DNA of 64,000 nt from Micavibrio sp. (GTDB taxonomy: Bacteria; Patescibacteriota; Minisyncoccia; Moranbacterales; GCA-2747515): the NCBI GenBank assembly GCA_020718085.1, contig DYDB01000003.1:61569-125568 (forward strand). Direction: 5' to 3'. The notes under the pieces are model-generated. The model searched no databases and was not told the DNA's origin. It was given only the letters and a program-made list of their open reading frames with translations. A program made the translations under genes and the position numbers. Position 1 is the first letter of the stretch, and every line of letters begins with the position of its first letter. Of this stretch, positions 28,535 to 39,259 are shown piece by piece.

Positions 28535-29647
28535 TCACACGCGACGCAGATCTTCCATGAGTCGCATAAAGTAGCGCAGATTGTGCAACGCTGCCATTTG
28601 TGCACCCAATGGCTCTTTTACACGAAAAAGATGTTGAATATATGCACGCGTATATGTGGTACACGTATAACAGTCACATGTTGGATCGATCGGTGTGAAG
28701 TCCTCTCGATACTGTGCATTGCCGATATTGATTGTGGAATAAAATGTATTTCCACTTTTTACGCCATCTTCCCATATAAAAAGTCGACCATGTCGTCCTT
28801 CTCGTGTTGGAATGACACAGTCAAACATATCCCATCCCACATTGTGACACCGTACGATATCTTCAGGCGTACCAATGCCGAGTGCAAAACGCGGAGCGCC
28901 CTCTGGAATATACGATGCCGTTTTTGCGATCATTTCTTCCATAAAATTACCCTCCATATCCACATGTCGTCCACCAAAACTATACCCATCGCAACCAACC
29001 GCAATAAGCCCTTCGGCACACTCTTGTCGCAAATCAAAAAATGGTCCGCCCTGCACTACACCAAAAAGCAATGGGCGCGTCGCATCTGTCAATCCGCGTG
29101 CAACAATTTGACGGTCAAATTCATCTCTGCATCGCTGTGCCCACCGCACAGTACGTCTCACAGCAGCAGCAAAAACATCTTGCGAAGAATTATTGGGACG
29201 CGGATCATCAAGTAATACCATCATATCCACACCAAGATCAAATTGGATCTGTATCGCTTTTTCCGGTGTAAGCAAATGTCGTGAACCATCCAAAACACTT
29301 TTGAATATTGCCCCTTCCTCTGTAATTTCTCCCATTTTCGCATTTTTATGGATCAGTGAATATACCTGATATCCGCCACTATCAGAAAGCAGGGGTCCGT
29401 CCCACTGCATAAATGCATGCACACCACCGACTTTTTGCATAAAGTCCATACCCGGCTGCAAGTATAAATGATATGTATTTACCACCATCGGTAAAACACC
29501 GACGGTTTTTAGTTGTTCCACGGTCAATCCGCGCACACTGGCACGTGTTGCATCGGGCATGAAAAAGGGTGTTGGGAGATCACCCTTGCACGTATGTAAA
29601 ATTCCTGTTCGTGATAAATTATTTTTTTGTACGATATCGAAAATCAT
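28535..29647 (-). CDS. tgt: tRNA-guanine transglycosylase
   Basis: TPFFMP, NTYHL, SDSGGYQ, GVVQGG, DMFDCVIPTR, CDCYTC Zn site, HNL. Confidence 0.95.
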   Translation of the reverse strand: MIFDIVQKNNLSRTGILHTCKGDLPTPFFMPDATRASVRGLTVEQLKTVGVLPMVVNTYHLYLQPGMDFMQKVGGVHAFMQWDGPLLSDSGGYQVYSLIHKNAKMGEITEEGAIFKSVLDGSRHLLTPEKAIQIQFDLGVDMMVLLDDPRPNNSSQDVFAAAVRRTVRWAQRCRDEFDRQIVARGLTDATRPLLFGVVQGGPFFDLRQECAEGLIAVGCDGYSFGGRHVDMEGNFMEEMIAKTASYIPEGAPRFALGIGTPEDIVRCHNVGWDMFDCVIPTREGRHGRLFIWEDGVKSGNTFYSTINIGNAQYREDFTPIDPTCDCYTCTTYTRAYIQHLFRVKEPLGAQMAALHNLRYFMRLMEDLRRV

Positions 29648-29689
29648 GCGCTTATTGCCTCGTAAATTCAGTTATATTACACTACCACA

Positions 29690-30979
29690 TTAAAACACCA
29701 GAACGTCTGGGGAAAAGATCATCAATACACCGATCACAAGCATCAGCACACCACCAATAATTGTGGAAATATGAGAATATTTTGCACCTACGAGATGAAA
29801 CCGTTGATATCCTGCAATTGCCAATCCAAAGACCAAAAAGTCATCAACCATATAAAAGAGCGTGTACACAAACACATACCATTGTTGTCCAAAGAAGCCC
29901 AGTTGATTAATTTCAATAATTTTTGTAAACGACTGCGCAATGCCCACAGAACAGGCAAATTCAATGATATTCACAGAAAATGCAATGCCCAAAACAGAAA
30001 AGATCGTGATGATCGTCATTGGCTTGCTCACCGCATCCCTAATCTTCTGTGTGGTCTTTTGTTGATGTTCAAAACTTGTTACATCGCAGGTTAATTTTCC
30101 TTTGTTTTTATACGCCTTATGCAAAAAATAGACGCCACCACCTATGGCCAAAAGACCTACTGCGGGTGTAACCCATTGATCAAGCTGAATGAAATCCCAT
30201 GTCTGGTACCACGCATTTAAAATGAAAAAATACATCATTGCCTCCGCCAGAATGAATATACCGGCCAAAGAGATCATTTTTTTCTTATCACCAACTTGCG
30301 ACAAAATAATAAGAAAGGTCAAAAGCACCCACATGGCGCAAGGGTTAAATCCATCAATAAATCCAAGAATCGATGCCATAAGAAATAGAGATGTTTCCTT
30401 TACATTGATCTCACCAAAAAAAGGTAGCGTCATCATGTTATCTTGGTTTTTTATATCGTTTTTGGCATCCAATGAGCATGATGAACTGCTGTCCACTTGG
30501 CAAAACGATTCTTCATTTTCTTTTACTTCTGCACTCACATTATTGTCGAGGTATTGCAAAACGTCATACTGGGCATGATCATTTTGGTGTTCAAAGATCT
30601 TTTGACTCGTTGTTTTTTCGCTAAAACCAACCAATACATCACCGCCTACAAGTGTGATTGGCGTAACTTTTGACAGTTGATGTTTTTCTACCAAGTCTTC
30701 CCATAATTTTTTGTTTTGTGATTCACCAATATCCAAAAGCGTTACCACAAAATGTTCTTGAATGGTAGGATCACTCTCCAAAAACTCCTCCTGACTTTTA
30801 CACGCACTGCAACCCTCTCGCACAAAAACGAACATCGCTGTTTTCGATTGGGGATCATTTTGCGTATATACATTGATATCTGAGCTGATCGTTGGCTGTT
30901 GAACGACTGAGTCTTGCGCATAAACAAGAATTGCCGGCAAAAAAAACACCAAACAAAACAACAAGAGTTTTTTGTACAT
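29690..30979 (-). CDS. Glutaredoxin/thioredoxin-fold domain fused to a CcdA/DsbD-like membrane domain
   Basis: CSAC motif; GFIDGFNPCAMWVL; IEFACS; six TM segments. Confidence 0.85.
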   Translation of the reverse strand: MYKKLLLFCLVFFLPAILVYAQDSVVQQPTISSDINVYTQNDPQSKTAMFVFVREGCSACKSQEEFLESDPTIQEHFVVTLLDIGESQNKKLWEDLVEKHQLSKVTPITLVGGDVLVGFSEKTTSQKIFEHQNDHAQYDVLQYLDNNVSAEVKENEESFCQVDSSSSCSLDAKNDIKNQDNMMTLPFFGEINVKETSLFLMASILGFIDGFNPCAMWVLLTFLIILSQVGDKKKMISLAGIFILAEAMMYFFILNAWYQTWDFIQLDQWVTPAVGLLAIGGGVYFLHKAYKNKGKLTCDVTSFEHQQKTTQKIRDAVSKPMTIITIFSVLGIAFSVNIIEFACSVGIAQSFTKIIEINQLGFFGQQWYVFVYTLFYMVDDFLVFGLAIAGYQRFHLVGAKYSHISTIIGGVLMLVIGVLMIFSPDVLVF

Positions 30980-31010
30980 AATTAATGCATTTTTTATTTA
31001 CATTTTTTGA

Positions 31011-31877
31011 TCACGAAAAATTCGCAAACAATTGAATCTTTTTATACACCAAATCATAGACGCTTTTGCGCGCCTTGTCCATATACTTATACGGCGCAAC
31101 AGTAGCATCTTCTTTCAATCCCTTTTCCAAACCTTCACGAAATGCCACTCTCACTTCTGTATTTACATGTACAACCGAAATGCCTGCACGAATACCTCCG
31201 CGAATATCCTCATCACCAATGCCAGATCCTCCATGCAAAACCAAGTGACAGTCGGCTGTTTCAGCGATATCTTTAACACGTTTCACGTCAATGTGCGGAT
31301 TACCCGATGTGACAATACCATGGATATTCCCCACTGATGGCGCAAAAAGATCCACACCTGTCATTTCCACAAATCGTCCCGCCACATCAGGAGGTGTCAT
31401 ATCAGCACCGGCCCCATCTGGAATAGTATCAAGAACTGTAGATGATGTGCCTATATATCCCAATTCTGCCTCTACCAAAACCGTTCGACCTTCTTTTTTC
31501 TTAACGTCTTTTGCATATGCTACACATTTTTTTGTCAATGCAACGTTTTCATCAAAAAGTAATTGCGATCCATCGATCATCACACTGTCAAACCCCAGAT
31601 CAATTGCTTTTTTCACACCTTCAAAATCATGTGTATGATCTGCATTGATAAAAATTGGATAATCAAATTCATTACGCAAGCTTTGTACCAACGATGCTGC
31701 CTGACGCACGCCGATAAAATTTCGTTCACCTTCTGATACGCCGATAATTACTGGCTGCCCTAATGCCCGCGCAGCATCAAAGATCGCCCACAATGTCTCG
31801 ACGTTGGAAATATTAAAATGTCCGATTGCGATCTTTGCTTCCCGCGCTTTTTTAAGATGATCTTTGAGATTACACAT
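31011..31877 (-). CDS. fba: Class II fructose-bisphosphate aldolase
   Basis: GHFN, NADH, SVMIDGS, VEAELG, GNIHG, LVLHGGSG. Confidence 0.93.
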   Translation of the reverse strand: MCNLKDHLKKAREAKIAIGHFNISNVETLWAIFDAARALGQPVIIGVSEGERNFIGVRQAASLVQSLRNEFDYPIFINADHTHDFEGVKKAIDLGFDSVMIDGSQLLFDENVALTKKCVAYAKDVKKKEGRTVLVEAELGYIGTSSTVLDTIPDGAGADMTPPDVAGRFVEMTGVDLFAPSVGNIHGIVTSGNPHIDVKRVKDIAETADCHLVLHGGSGIGDEDIRGGIRAGISVVHVNTEVRVAFREGLEKGLKEDATVAPYKYMDKARKSVYDLVYKKIQLFANFS

Positions 31878-31880
31878 ATG

Positions 31881-32456
31881 CTACTTTTTCTTATTTTTTA
31901 ATTTTTTTGTTTCTTTTTCGTGTTTTTTGACATATTGACAGAACTTCCATTGTCGAATCCATCGCCACCACAAGTACAGCATGAGTGTAGCAAAGAGAAT
32001 GATGCCAAAAAAGATCATCCAAAGGTCAGTATTGATCGAAAAACGCACCAATGTGTTGATATAAATAAGGATGAGATATTGTACAAGAAGCATAACGACA
32101 CCAAGGTACCATGCATAGATCTTATACATTCGCTGCGATTGATAATGGGCAAATATTTGAAAAATGAACAAACCCAAGACAGCAATACTCGTCATAACGA
32201 TCGCATACGAGTTCATTTTGGTGAATGTATCAATGTCAGAATTGAATGCAACGATCGGAAACCATCCCCACACCTTTTCCACATGCCATTGCTGCACAAA
32301 AATAAAGGCAAACAGAAACGTAAAGAACAATCGAAAAACAAGAAGATATAATGATACAAAGAAGGTGTGATAAAACAATGCATCCCACGAAAAAAACATT
32401 GAGCATGTTCGATCGGCAAATTGTGTATTGATGTGCGTTGTATGCATTGTAGGCAT
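31881..32456 (-). CDS. 4-TM membrane protein, last gene of the adhesin locus
   Basis: Four hydrophobic segments, LWWRW followed by a basic tail. Confidence 0.65.
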   Translation of the reverse strand: MPTMHTTHINTQFADRTCSMFFSWDALFYHTFFVSLYLLVFRLFFTFLFAFIFVQQWHVEKVWGWFPIVAFNSDIDTFTKMNSYAIVMTSIAVLGLFIFQIFAHYQSQRMYKIYAWYLGVVMLLVQYLILIYINTLVRFSINTDLWMIFFGIILFATLMLYLWWRWIRQWKFCQYVKKHEKETKKLKNKKK

Positions 32457-32493
32457 GTATCATCGTATTATCCCCTACAATACACATTATACA

Positions 32494-35400
32494 TTATAGT
32501 CCACCAATCTCCAATTGCAGATCACGCGTAATGCGTGGCCCATTAGCACCGGAAATATTTGCTGTAAATGTAAGATCCATTGTTTCAAGTGATCCTGCCG
32601 TACGCGCATGTGTAAAATACATACTCACATCATGTCCGGCATCAAATGGCGAATCCGTTGCTGCCTCAACAGGAACTGATCCGGGAAACGGCGGAAAAAC
32701 AAATTGTGGATTTATTGTTTGTGTAAGATTTTCAAAAAGATCAACATTAGCCTGCGTAAACACACCTGCATTTGATATGCCATTATATGTCATGAATGCT
32801 CGTGAATTCACGAGATCAGGATCTGATGTGACCGCTTTTAGGACACGGTAACGTTCACTATTACCGCCTGTTGCGCCCAATACATTTATAGTTGGACCAT
32901 TTAACTGATCTTCCAAAAGTGTTGGAATATAATGACCAACGATGATCTCATTGATCCGTGGTGCAAAAACTTGATCACCTGTACGTAAAAATGTTCGCAC
33001 ACGCATACAACTGTGATCACTAAAACCATCTGGCAAGATCATTTGTTGTGTATTCGTGGTGTATGTCACATATGGCAATGAACTGTTCACTACCGTTGAA
33101 AGTGTTGTAATAGTAGGTGTTACATATGCACTATATGTTGCGCTCGCACAGTTTGGAACAGCATCCGCATAGGCAACTTCCACATCAATTTGATCAACAC
33201 CGTTTGAGGCACTACGAGAATTTAATATCTCATCCCAGATCACATCGCGCCAATAGGTGTGCTCTCCATACATCATTGCACTTGTATCAAATGTGTACTC
33301 AGCATATGCTTCAAAATCAAGTCCCGTGGTCGCACTGTCACGTCCTGATGGATAAAATAATCCTTGCTCCGCCACAGCATCCGGATCTTCAACGATCGGG
33401 CGAACTGCTGCACGCTTGCGCACCTGTGGCCACGTAAGCCAACTGGTTTCATCGGAGATCGTTGCGCTATAATGACGTTCTTGATATGCATAAACCGGCT
33501 GTGTACATTGCATGCGATAACTTGCTGCAAAAAGTGCCCCATCAGCAACATCTGTACCACCAATGATGATCCTGTTGGGATATGGATCTGCTTGCGCACC
33601 ACCGGTTTGTGGTGGAATATAGTTCATCGTTCCCGTTCCATCTGTCGTAACTTCAACCCCGGACGCATTATATACACGACATGTGACCGATGGATCTTTT
33701 GCCACAACGCTCATGTATTGTGCGGGACTTGGCAGCACATATTCCTCACTGAATTCCTTTTGCGATATGAACACGACCATTTCCGTACCGTCACCATCAT
33801 TGTAACTCGTTGCACCGATTGGCGCATCGGACACAATATGATATGCACGTGCCGTACCCTGTGCACCAGTGCCGGATTCCGTATAGACAAAGTTACCAGC
33901 AGCGTTAAGTGTCACGTTCGACGTTGTACCATCGCTGCGATAGAGCGTCACATTTGCCGTAGAACTTGCTGCAAGCACCAGCGTACCGCTTGCTACACCA
34001 TAAAGTTCATATCTGCCGGAGTCTTGCTCCAATGCAAGATCTGTCGGATACATGATAAATGAATTATTCGCTGAAGCCTGATGAAAACCTAGTATCGGTT
34101 GATCGGAGATAATACGAAATGCTCGCGCATTGACAATGTCCTGTGTGACCGTTGTCACGGAATCCGCATTAACTGCAACAGTTTGCAACGTGGTCCACCC
34201 TGCCGTGCTACTCTGCTGAATTTGCACGTTAGCAGCATCAAACGGCGCATAAAAACTAAATACATCCGTACCCGCATCAACGCGGTACACAAATTCCGTA
34301 CCAGCATATGAGATCGGGATCGCAGAATCTGTCGCATCACCTGCAAAACTGATCGATAGAGGACCTGTAACATCATAAGAATCAAATTGATCCACACCAA
34401 TCGCAAATGGAAGTGTGACCATTTCGCCCTCTTCGATCACACGTGTGGTCACACCATCACTCACGTCATTTCCGTCACGGAAAGAGATCACGACCATTTG
34501 CTGTACGGCACTCAATGAATCCACAATGTAATAATTAGCCTTCGGTTGTGCAGTGTGAAAAATGGCATTATAATCTCCAGTTGTTGCAAGTGGTGTACCA
34601 AGATATGTGATATTCACGCATTCAAGCTCCGGACTCATGGATACATCATCCGATTCAAAATCCACACGATACTGTACATATTGATTATCAGTTTGATTAC
34701 TGATCGATGAAATTGGATATGTAAGAGTGCTGTTTGTTTCTTCTGCATAATATGTGCTCGCCGTACCATTTGGTCCAACAAATGTTTCTCCACTACACAC
34801 ACTATCATTACAACTACGCACAGTAAATTTGAGACGATTTGCACCACGACGATATTGATCATATATTTCCGTGGAATTCATGATATTACTCCAAAAGGAC
34901 ACCTCATCCAAACGACCTTGATACCATCCATGTGAACCCGCAGAATCAAATATACGTCCGATACCATTGAAATATTGTGTCTTAATACCTGTCTCGGACG
35001 TTGCTGTGCCTTCCAAAACACCATCAACATATACCTGTACTACACCTGTTAGGTGATCGCGCGTCAAAGCCACATGATGCCATTGTCCATCATTGATCGC
35101 TGTTGTACTTTGAGCTCCTGCCGTATTTCCCGCCTGAATTGCAATATGACCAGCTGATGTAATATATCCCCAAAAGACGTCATTACCCGTTGACGCTTGT
35201 TCACATCCCGTAATACCAGGGGCCGTCCACGGTACATCGGTACCAACTTGCGTTGTGTTCATCCAAAAGGCCACACTTCCTGTGCCACCAATGACAGTGC
35301 TTAGATCTTGTCCAAAATCTACAAAATCATCCACACCATCAAAACCGAGAGATGTGTTGAATCGTCCAGTTTGTCCCCACAGTGCACCATTATACGTACC

Positions 35401-38400
35401 ATCATTTGTCACGCCAGATCCATTATCAATGGTGCCACTCGCCTCATTAAGATGTACCAAGAAGGTATTTGTGCTCATGTCCACATTACCATCACCATAA
35501 TCCACCTCTTCTCCCAAATTATTTGGCAATTCTTTGAATGTTGGGTAATTGGAGATCCATGTCAGATCAATCCATTGCGCCAAAAGACCCGCATCAAAAA
35601 CCTCTGATGTGTATTGCCCTGTGCCAGCAGTAAGTCCTGCACTTGTCAGTTCCGTCCAATTATTTGAACCATCCCACACTGTTTCAGAATATGTGCCATT
35701 ATTAAATTCCGTTTCATTGCACGTTTGCAGTGTCAATACTGGTTGATAGTAGACATAAATCGTCGTTGTTGTACTCGCAGCTATCGTTGGCACTTTAGCC
35801 CACAAAGACCCTGCTGATGTTACGCCGTTATACTCTTCCAAAGCATAAGGGATATTATCCGTACCATCACCCACGCTACCTGCCACACGAATATCACCAC
35901 CATCAGACTGCGCACCGGAAAAAATCGCCGTAAGTTCTGTACCCATCAAGCGGATCTGATAATCCGTCAGCGCAGTTGCAGATGCATTTGTGATCGTTAC
36001 AGGTACACGTCGTGACCACTGTTGTGTAATGCCGTCAATATTCCAAGAGCCTGATTGCACCGTACCGATACTTTGTGATACACCATATTGAAACTGTCGA
36101 TTTTGTTTCTCATTGAGAATGTTATGTTCATCATTTTGTACAGAATATTCATAGTAAGCGGCAATAGGATGGTCTGCCACAACACATGCCCCGGCAGCAA
36201 TATTTGCCCCATCAGTTGTCGAACCAAAATACACTTTACCAGGATAATTTCCTGTGCCCGTCACTGTTTGTGTCACACTCGGTGCACCCACACCACACTG
36301 TGTACCATTATTATACAAATCGACTTTTGTTGTTATACCAGCACGCGTTGCCACTGCAAAATATTGCATGCTTTGTGGAATATAATACCGATACCCCATT
36401 TCATTGACCGGTAAAAATGTTTGCATTTCCGCACCATCCGTATCGTTGTTACCATTTACGCCGATTGGATAATTTGATACCGCGCGCATCGCGAACTCTG
36501 AACCTTCTGTACCAGCCACAGTTACATATTGATTGGCTCCACGATTTAAATTGTACGTTGCCGTTGTGTTATTGCTATAATACACCGTCACTGTCGTGCC
36601 ATTCGTCATTGCTGCGATCTCCAAATTACCGGATGGTACACCATACCATTCCGTTGCAGCAGGAATAAGCGGCATGCTAGCTTCACTGGCAGTTGAATGA
36701 TGTGTTGCCATGATCGGGCAACCATTTGTCACTTCTACGATCACTGCACTGTCATTGGCAATACCAGTTGCAGCAACATTCGTTGTCGTCAGATTGTAAA
36801 ACGATCCCTGCGCAACTGTGAATGTGCCTCCTGTCACAATTGCATTGTTTTCATTGCGCACCTCCACATTTGCACTACAGTATGGTGAAATAAAGGAGAA
36901 TGCATTTGTATACAGATCCATGCGATACACAAAACTCGTTCCTGCAAAAGCAACCGGCACAAGCGTGTCTGTACCATTTGCATTAAATTCTCCATTGATC
37001 GGATCTGTTGAACTGATTGCTGTTGTTTGGGAAAAAGTCGGTGCCGTACCGGTCGGATATGTGGCATTGCCATATTGTGCAAGCGTGTTGTCATATGTGC
37101 CCACATTCACTTCATTGCCACTGCTATAACTTGAGAATGTTGATGCAGTTCCTTCAGCTGTGTTTGCCGTAACATAATAGATCTTTGCTTGTGTGTCATA
37201 TGTAAATGCATCTTCACGCGATGATACACCTGACACATCTGCATTACCATAATACATACACACTTCTTCCGTTGTGCCAGCATCAATATCATCCATCTTG
37301 AGCCAAATACGCGTGGATGCTGTGTTCATATCATCCGCGATGAAATATGGCAATACATTGCCATCAGAGTCTACAAAACGGATATCATCTCCATCTGCCT
37401 GCATTTTTCCTGCTGTGACGAGAGATGCCGTATCAATATCAAAATAGATCTGATACTCAGTCTGGTCCTCTGCACCCGCAGCTGTGTGATCCAGATCAAA
37501 ACATTTGCGACTGTTCCACACCTCATCCTCCACATTGTTGATCGTTGTACACAAAAGTTCCGGACTAAGAGTCGCGCTGCTTGTGTCAAATGTTGTTTGA
37601 TATTGGAAATATCGATTATCAGAAACACCGCTCAAGGTAAGATTTGGCAAACCAAAACTCATATTCAATTCCTCCGTATAATAAGCACTCGTCGATCCGC
37701 CGGGGCCCGCGAAAGACTCTCCGCTGCACGCACTATCATCACAACTACGCACTTGAAAACGCAAGCGATTTGCACCACGACGGTAGAGATCATTAATTTC
37801 CTCAGAAGAAAGAGTGCGATTCCAAAGTGCAGCCTCATCCATACGACCATTTATATTCTCTCCGCTGCCCCCGCTGCCACCAATGTGTAACGCATTAGTG
37901 TTCACTGTGCCAAGATATTGTGATGCTTCCTCTACAATCATTTGTCCATTTACATACAAACGCTCATATGTACCGTCCGCTGTATATGCCAAATGATACC
38001 ACTGGCCCGCTGCCAGAACAGCAGATCCGGAATTTATTGTGTTGTAATTATAAAGAATGCCATTATTTTGTTCGAAATAGAGATCATTTGTTGATCCAGT
38101 TGTCGTGTTCTTATGGAAAAAACTTTGCCATCCGCTCACGCTATCAAAATATACCCAAATTGACGCTGAAACAGCTGTTGGAAGCGATAAACTACTATCA
38201 TCAGCAATAAGTATTTCATCATTTGTGCCGTCAAAATCAATTCCTGTAGAGAATCGTCCGGCAGCACTATAGCCTGTGCCATTATATGTGCCATTATTTC
38301 CCTGTCCAGATGTATCTGCGATCGTCCCGGATGATTCATTCATATGCATCATGAGCACATTGCCACTCATGTTCACATTGCCGTCATTATATGCAGTCTC

Positions 38401-39219
38401 TACCCCAACGTTATCAGGCAGCTGTTTAAACGTTGGTGTCTGAGAAGACCACTGTAAAGTTGTCCATGGGATATTGCTCCCAGCATCTAATACATCTGAC
38501 GTATACGTACCGGTGCCCGCAGTGAGTCCAGCACTTGTCAACTCTACCCAATTATTTGTACCATCCCATTGCGTGTTACTGTATGATCCATCATTAAATT
38601 CATCTGCCGAACAAACCTGCAATCCGCTACCATCTACTCCCCACCAATCATTTTGTGTTGTGTCTGGCGGAATTGCTCCATAATGACCCAATGTCAAATA
38701 ATCATCAGCCACATCAAAAGCCTCCAGATCTGATTCCCCTGTTTCAAAATGCCCACTTGAATATGTACCACCGTCAAATTCCGTTTTTGAATCAATATCT
38801 CCCTCAGATCGTGTCTCGTATTTTAAAAGTTGTATACCTTCACTCACCACGTTTTCACTTTCTGTAAAATTTTGTAAACGCACTTCCGCCTCAATAAACT
38901 GTAATCCATAATATTGTGACGTAATGATCGTAAGAATGAGAAAACTAATGGCAAATGTTGCTGCAACACCACGGTATGCACGTGGCAATTTCATATGTGA
39001 GAAAATAACACTGTAATCAAAACTCTCCTTGTTTTTTTGCGTTTTTTCTACACCTATATAGTTATATTTAAGCATGTGCTGTACACGCCACCATGCAGTC
39101 CTCTTTGCATAAAATCGATAGACATTTCTCTCAATATACCGCAAAAAACCAAAAAAACCCCCAGGCTTGCGCTCGGTAGCTTTTATGTTATATGTAGTTG
39201 ATTTATTTTTGCGGGGCAT
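32494..39219 (-). CDS. Giant surface adhesin (2241 aa) with two LamG, two DUF2341 and two IgGFc-binding-like modules
   Basis: TM/signal at aa 84-101; LamG motifs (WYHLAYT..LYVNG; G.MDE..W); DUF2341 motifs (DGDDIRF..LPY..IWLK; DGGDIRV..LWAKVP); Thr/Gly/Ser-rich. Confidence 0.85.
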   Translation of the reverse strand: MPRKNKSTTYNIKATERKPGGFFGFLRYIERNVYRFYAKRTAWWRVQHMLKYNYIGVEKTQKNKESFDYSVIFSHMKLPRAYRGVAATFAISFLILTIITSQYYGLQFIEAEVRLQNFTESENVVSEGIQLLKYETRSEGDIDSKTEFDGGTYSSGHFETGESDLEAFDVADDYLTLGHYGAIPPDTTQNDWWGVDGSGLQVCSADEFNDGSYSNTQWDGTNNWVELTSAGLTAGTGTYTSDVLDAGSNIPWTTLQWSSQTPTFKQLPDNVGVETAYNDGNVNMSGNVLMMHMNESSGTIADTSGQGNNGTYNGTGYSAAGRFSTGIDFDGTNDEILIADDSSLSLPTAVSASIWVYFDSVSGWQSFFHKNTTTGSTNDLYFEQNNGILYNYNTINSGSAVLAAGQWYHLAYTADGTYERLYVNGQMIVEEASQYLGTVNTNALHIGGSGGSGENINGRMDEAALWNRTLSSEEINDLYRRGANRLRFQVRSCDDSACSGESFAGPGGSTSAYYTEELNMSFGLPNLTLSGVSDNRYFQYQTTFDTSSATLSPELLCTTINNVEDEVWNSRKCFDLDHTAAGAEDQTEYQIYFDIDTASLVTAGKMQADGDDIRFVDSDGNVLPYFIADDMNTASTRIWLKMDDIDAGTTEEVCMYYGNADVSGVSSREDAFTYDTQAKIYYVTANTAEGTASTFSSYSSGNEVNVGTYDNTLAQYGNATYPTGTAPTFSQTTAISSTDPINGEFNANGTDTLVPVAFAGTSFVYRMDLYTNAFSFISPYCSANVEVRNENNAIVTGGTFTVAQGSFYNLTTTNVAATGIANDSAVIVEVTNGCPIMATHHSTASEASMPLIPAATEWYGVPSGNLEIAAMTNGTTVTVYYSNNTTATYNLNRGANQYVTVAGTEGSEFAMRAVSNYPIGVNGNNDTDGAEMQTFLPVNEMGYRYYIPQSMQYFAVATRAGITTKVDLYNNGTQCGVGAPSVTQTVTGTGNYPGKVYFGSTTDGANIAAGACVVADHPIAAYYEYSVQNDEHNILNEKQNRQFQYGVSQSIGTVQSGSWNIDGITQQWSRRVPVTITNASATALTDYQIRLMGTELTAIFSGAQSDGGDIRVAGSVGDGTDNIPYALEEYNGVTSAGSLWAKVPTIAASTTTTIYVYYQPVLTLQTCNETEFNNGTYSETVWDGSNNWTELTSAGLTAGTGQYTSEVFDAGLLAQWIDLTWISNYPTFKELPNNLGEEVDYGDGNVDMSTNTFLVHLNEASGTIDNGSGVTNDGTYNGALWGQTGRFNTSLGFDGVDDFVDFGQDLSTVIGGTGSVAFWMNTTQVGTDVPWTAPGITGCEQASTGNDVFWGYITSAGHIAIQAGNTAGAQSTTAINDGQWHHVALTRDHLTGVVQVYVDGVLEGTATSETGIKTQYFNGIGRIFDSAGSHGWYQGRLDEVSFWSNIMNSTEIYDQYRRGANRLKFTVRSCNDSVCSGETFVGPNGTASTYYAEETNSTLTYPISSISNQTDNQYVQYRVDFESDDVSMSPELECVNITYLGTPLATTGDYNAIFHTAQPKANYYIVDSLSAVQQMVVISFRDGNDVSDGVTTRVIEEGEMVTLPFAIGVDQFDSYDVTGPLSISFAGDATDSAIPISYAGTEFVYRVDAGTDVFSFYAPFDAANVQIQQSSTAGWTTLQTVAVNADSVTTVTQDIVNARAFRIISDQPILGFHQASANNSFIMYPTDLALEQDSGRYELYGVASGTLVLAASSTANVTLYRSDGTTSNVTLNAAGNFVYTESGTGAQGTARAYHIVSDAPIGATSYNDGDGTEMVVFISQKEFSEEYVLPSPAQYMSVVAKDPSVTCRVYNASGVEVTTDGTGTMNYIPPQTGGAQADPYPNRIIIGGTDVADGALFAASYRMQCTQPVYAYQERHYSATISDETSWLTWPQVRKRAAVRPIVEDPDAVAEQGLFYPSGRDSATTGLDFEAYAEYTFDTSAMMYGEHTYWRDVIWDEILNSRSASNGVDQIDVEVAYADAVPNCASATYSAYVTPTITTLSTVVNSSLPYVTYTTNTQQMILPDGFSDHSCMRVRTFLRTGDQVFAPRINEIIVGHYIPTLLEDQLNGPTINVLGATGGNSERYRVLKAVTSDPDLVNSRAFMTYNGISNAGVFTQANVDLFENLTQTINPQFVFPPFPGSVPVEAATDSPFDAGHDVSMYFTHARTAGSLETMDLTFTANISGANGPRITRDLQLEIGGL

Positions 39220-39259
39220 CGCTTTTTATAATGTATTTTTATATATGGGGTTTGTGCGT

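Noticed and set aside
33364-34062. Long plus-strand ORFs opposite real genes (also 28583-29215, 47068-47757; and 42305-42925 on the minus strand)
   Set aside because: Antisense shadows of the adhesin, tgt, LysM-CHAP and gyrA genes.
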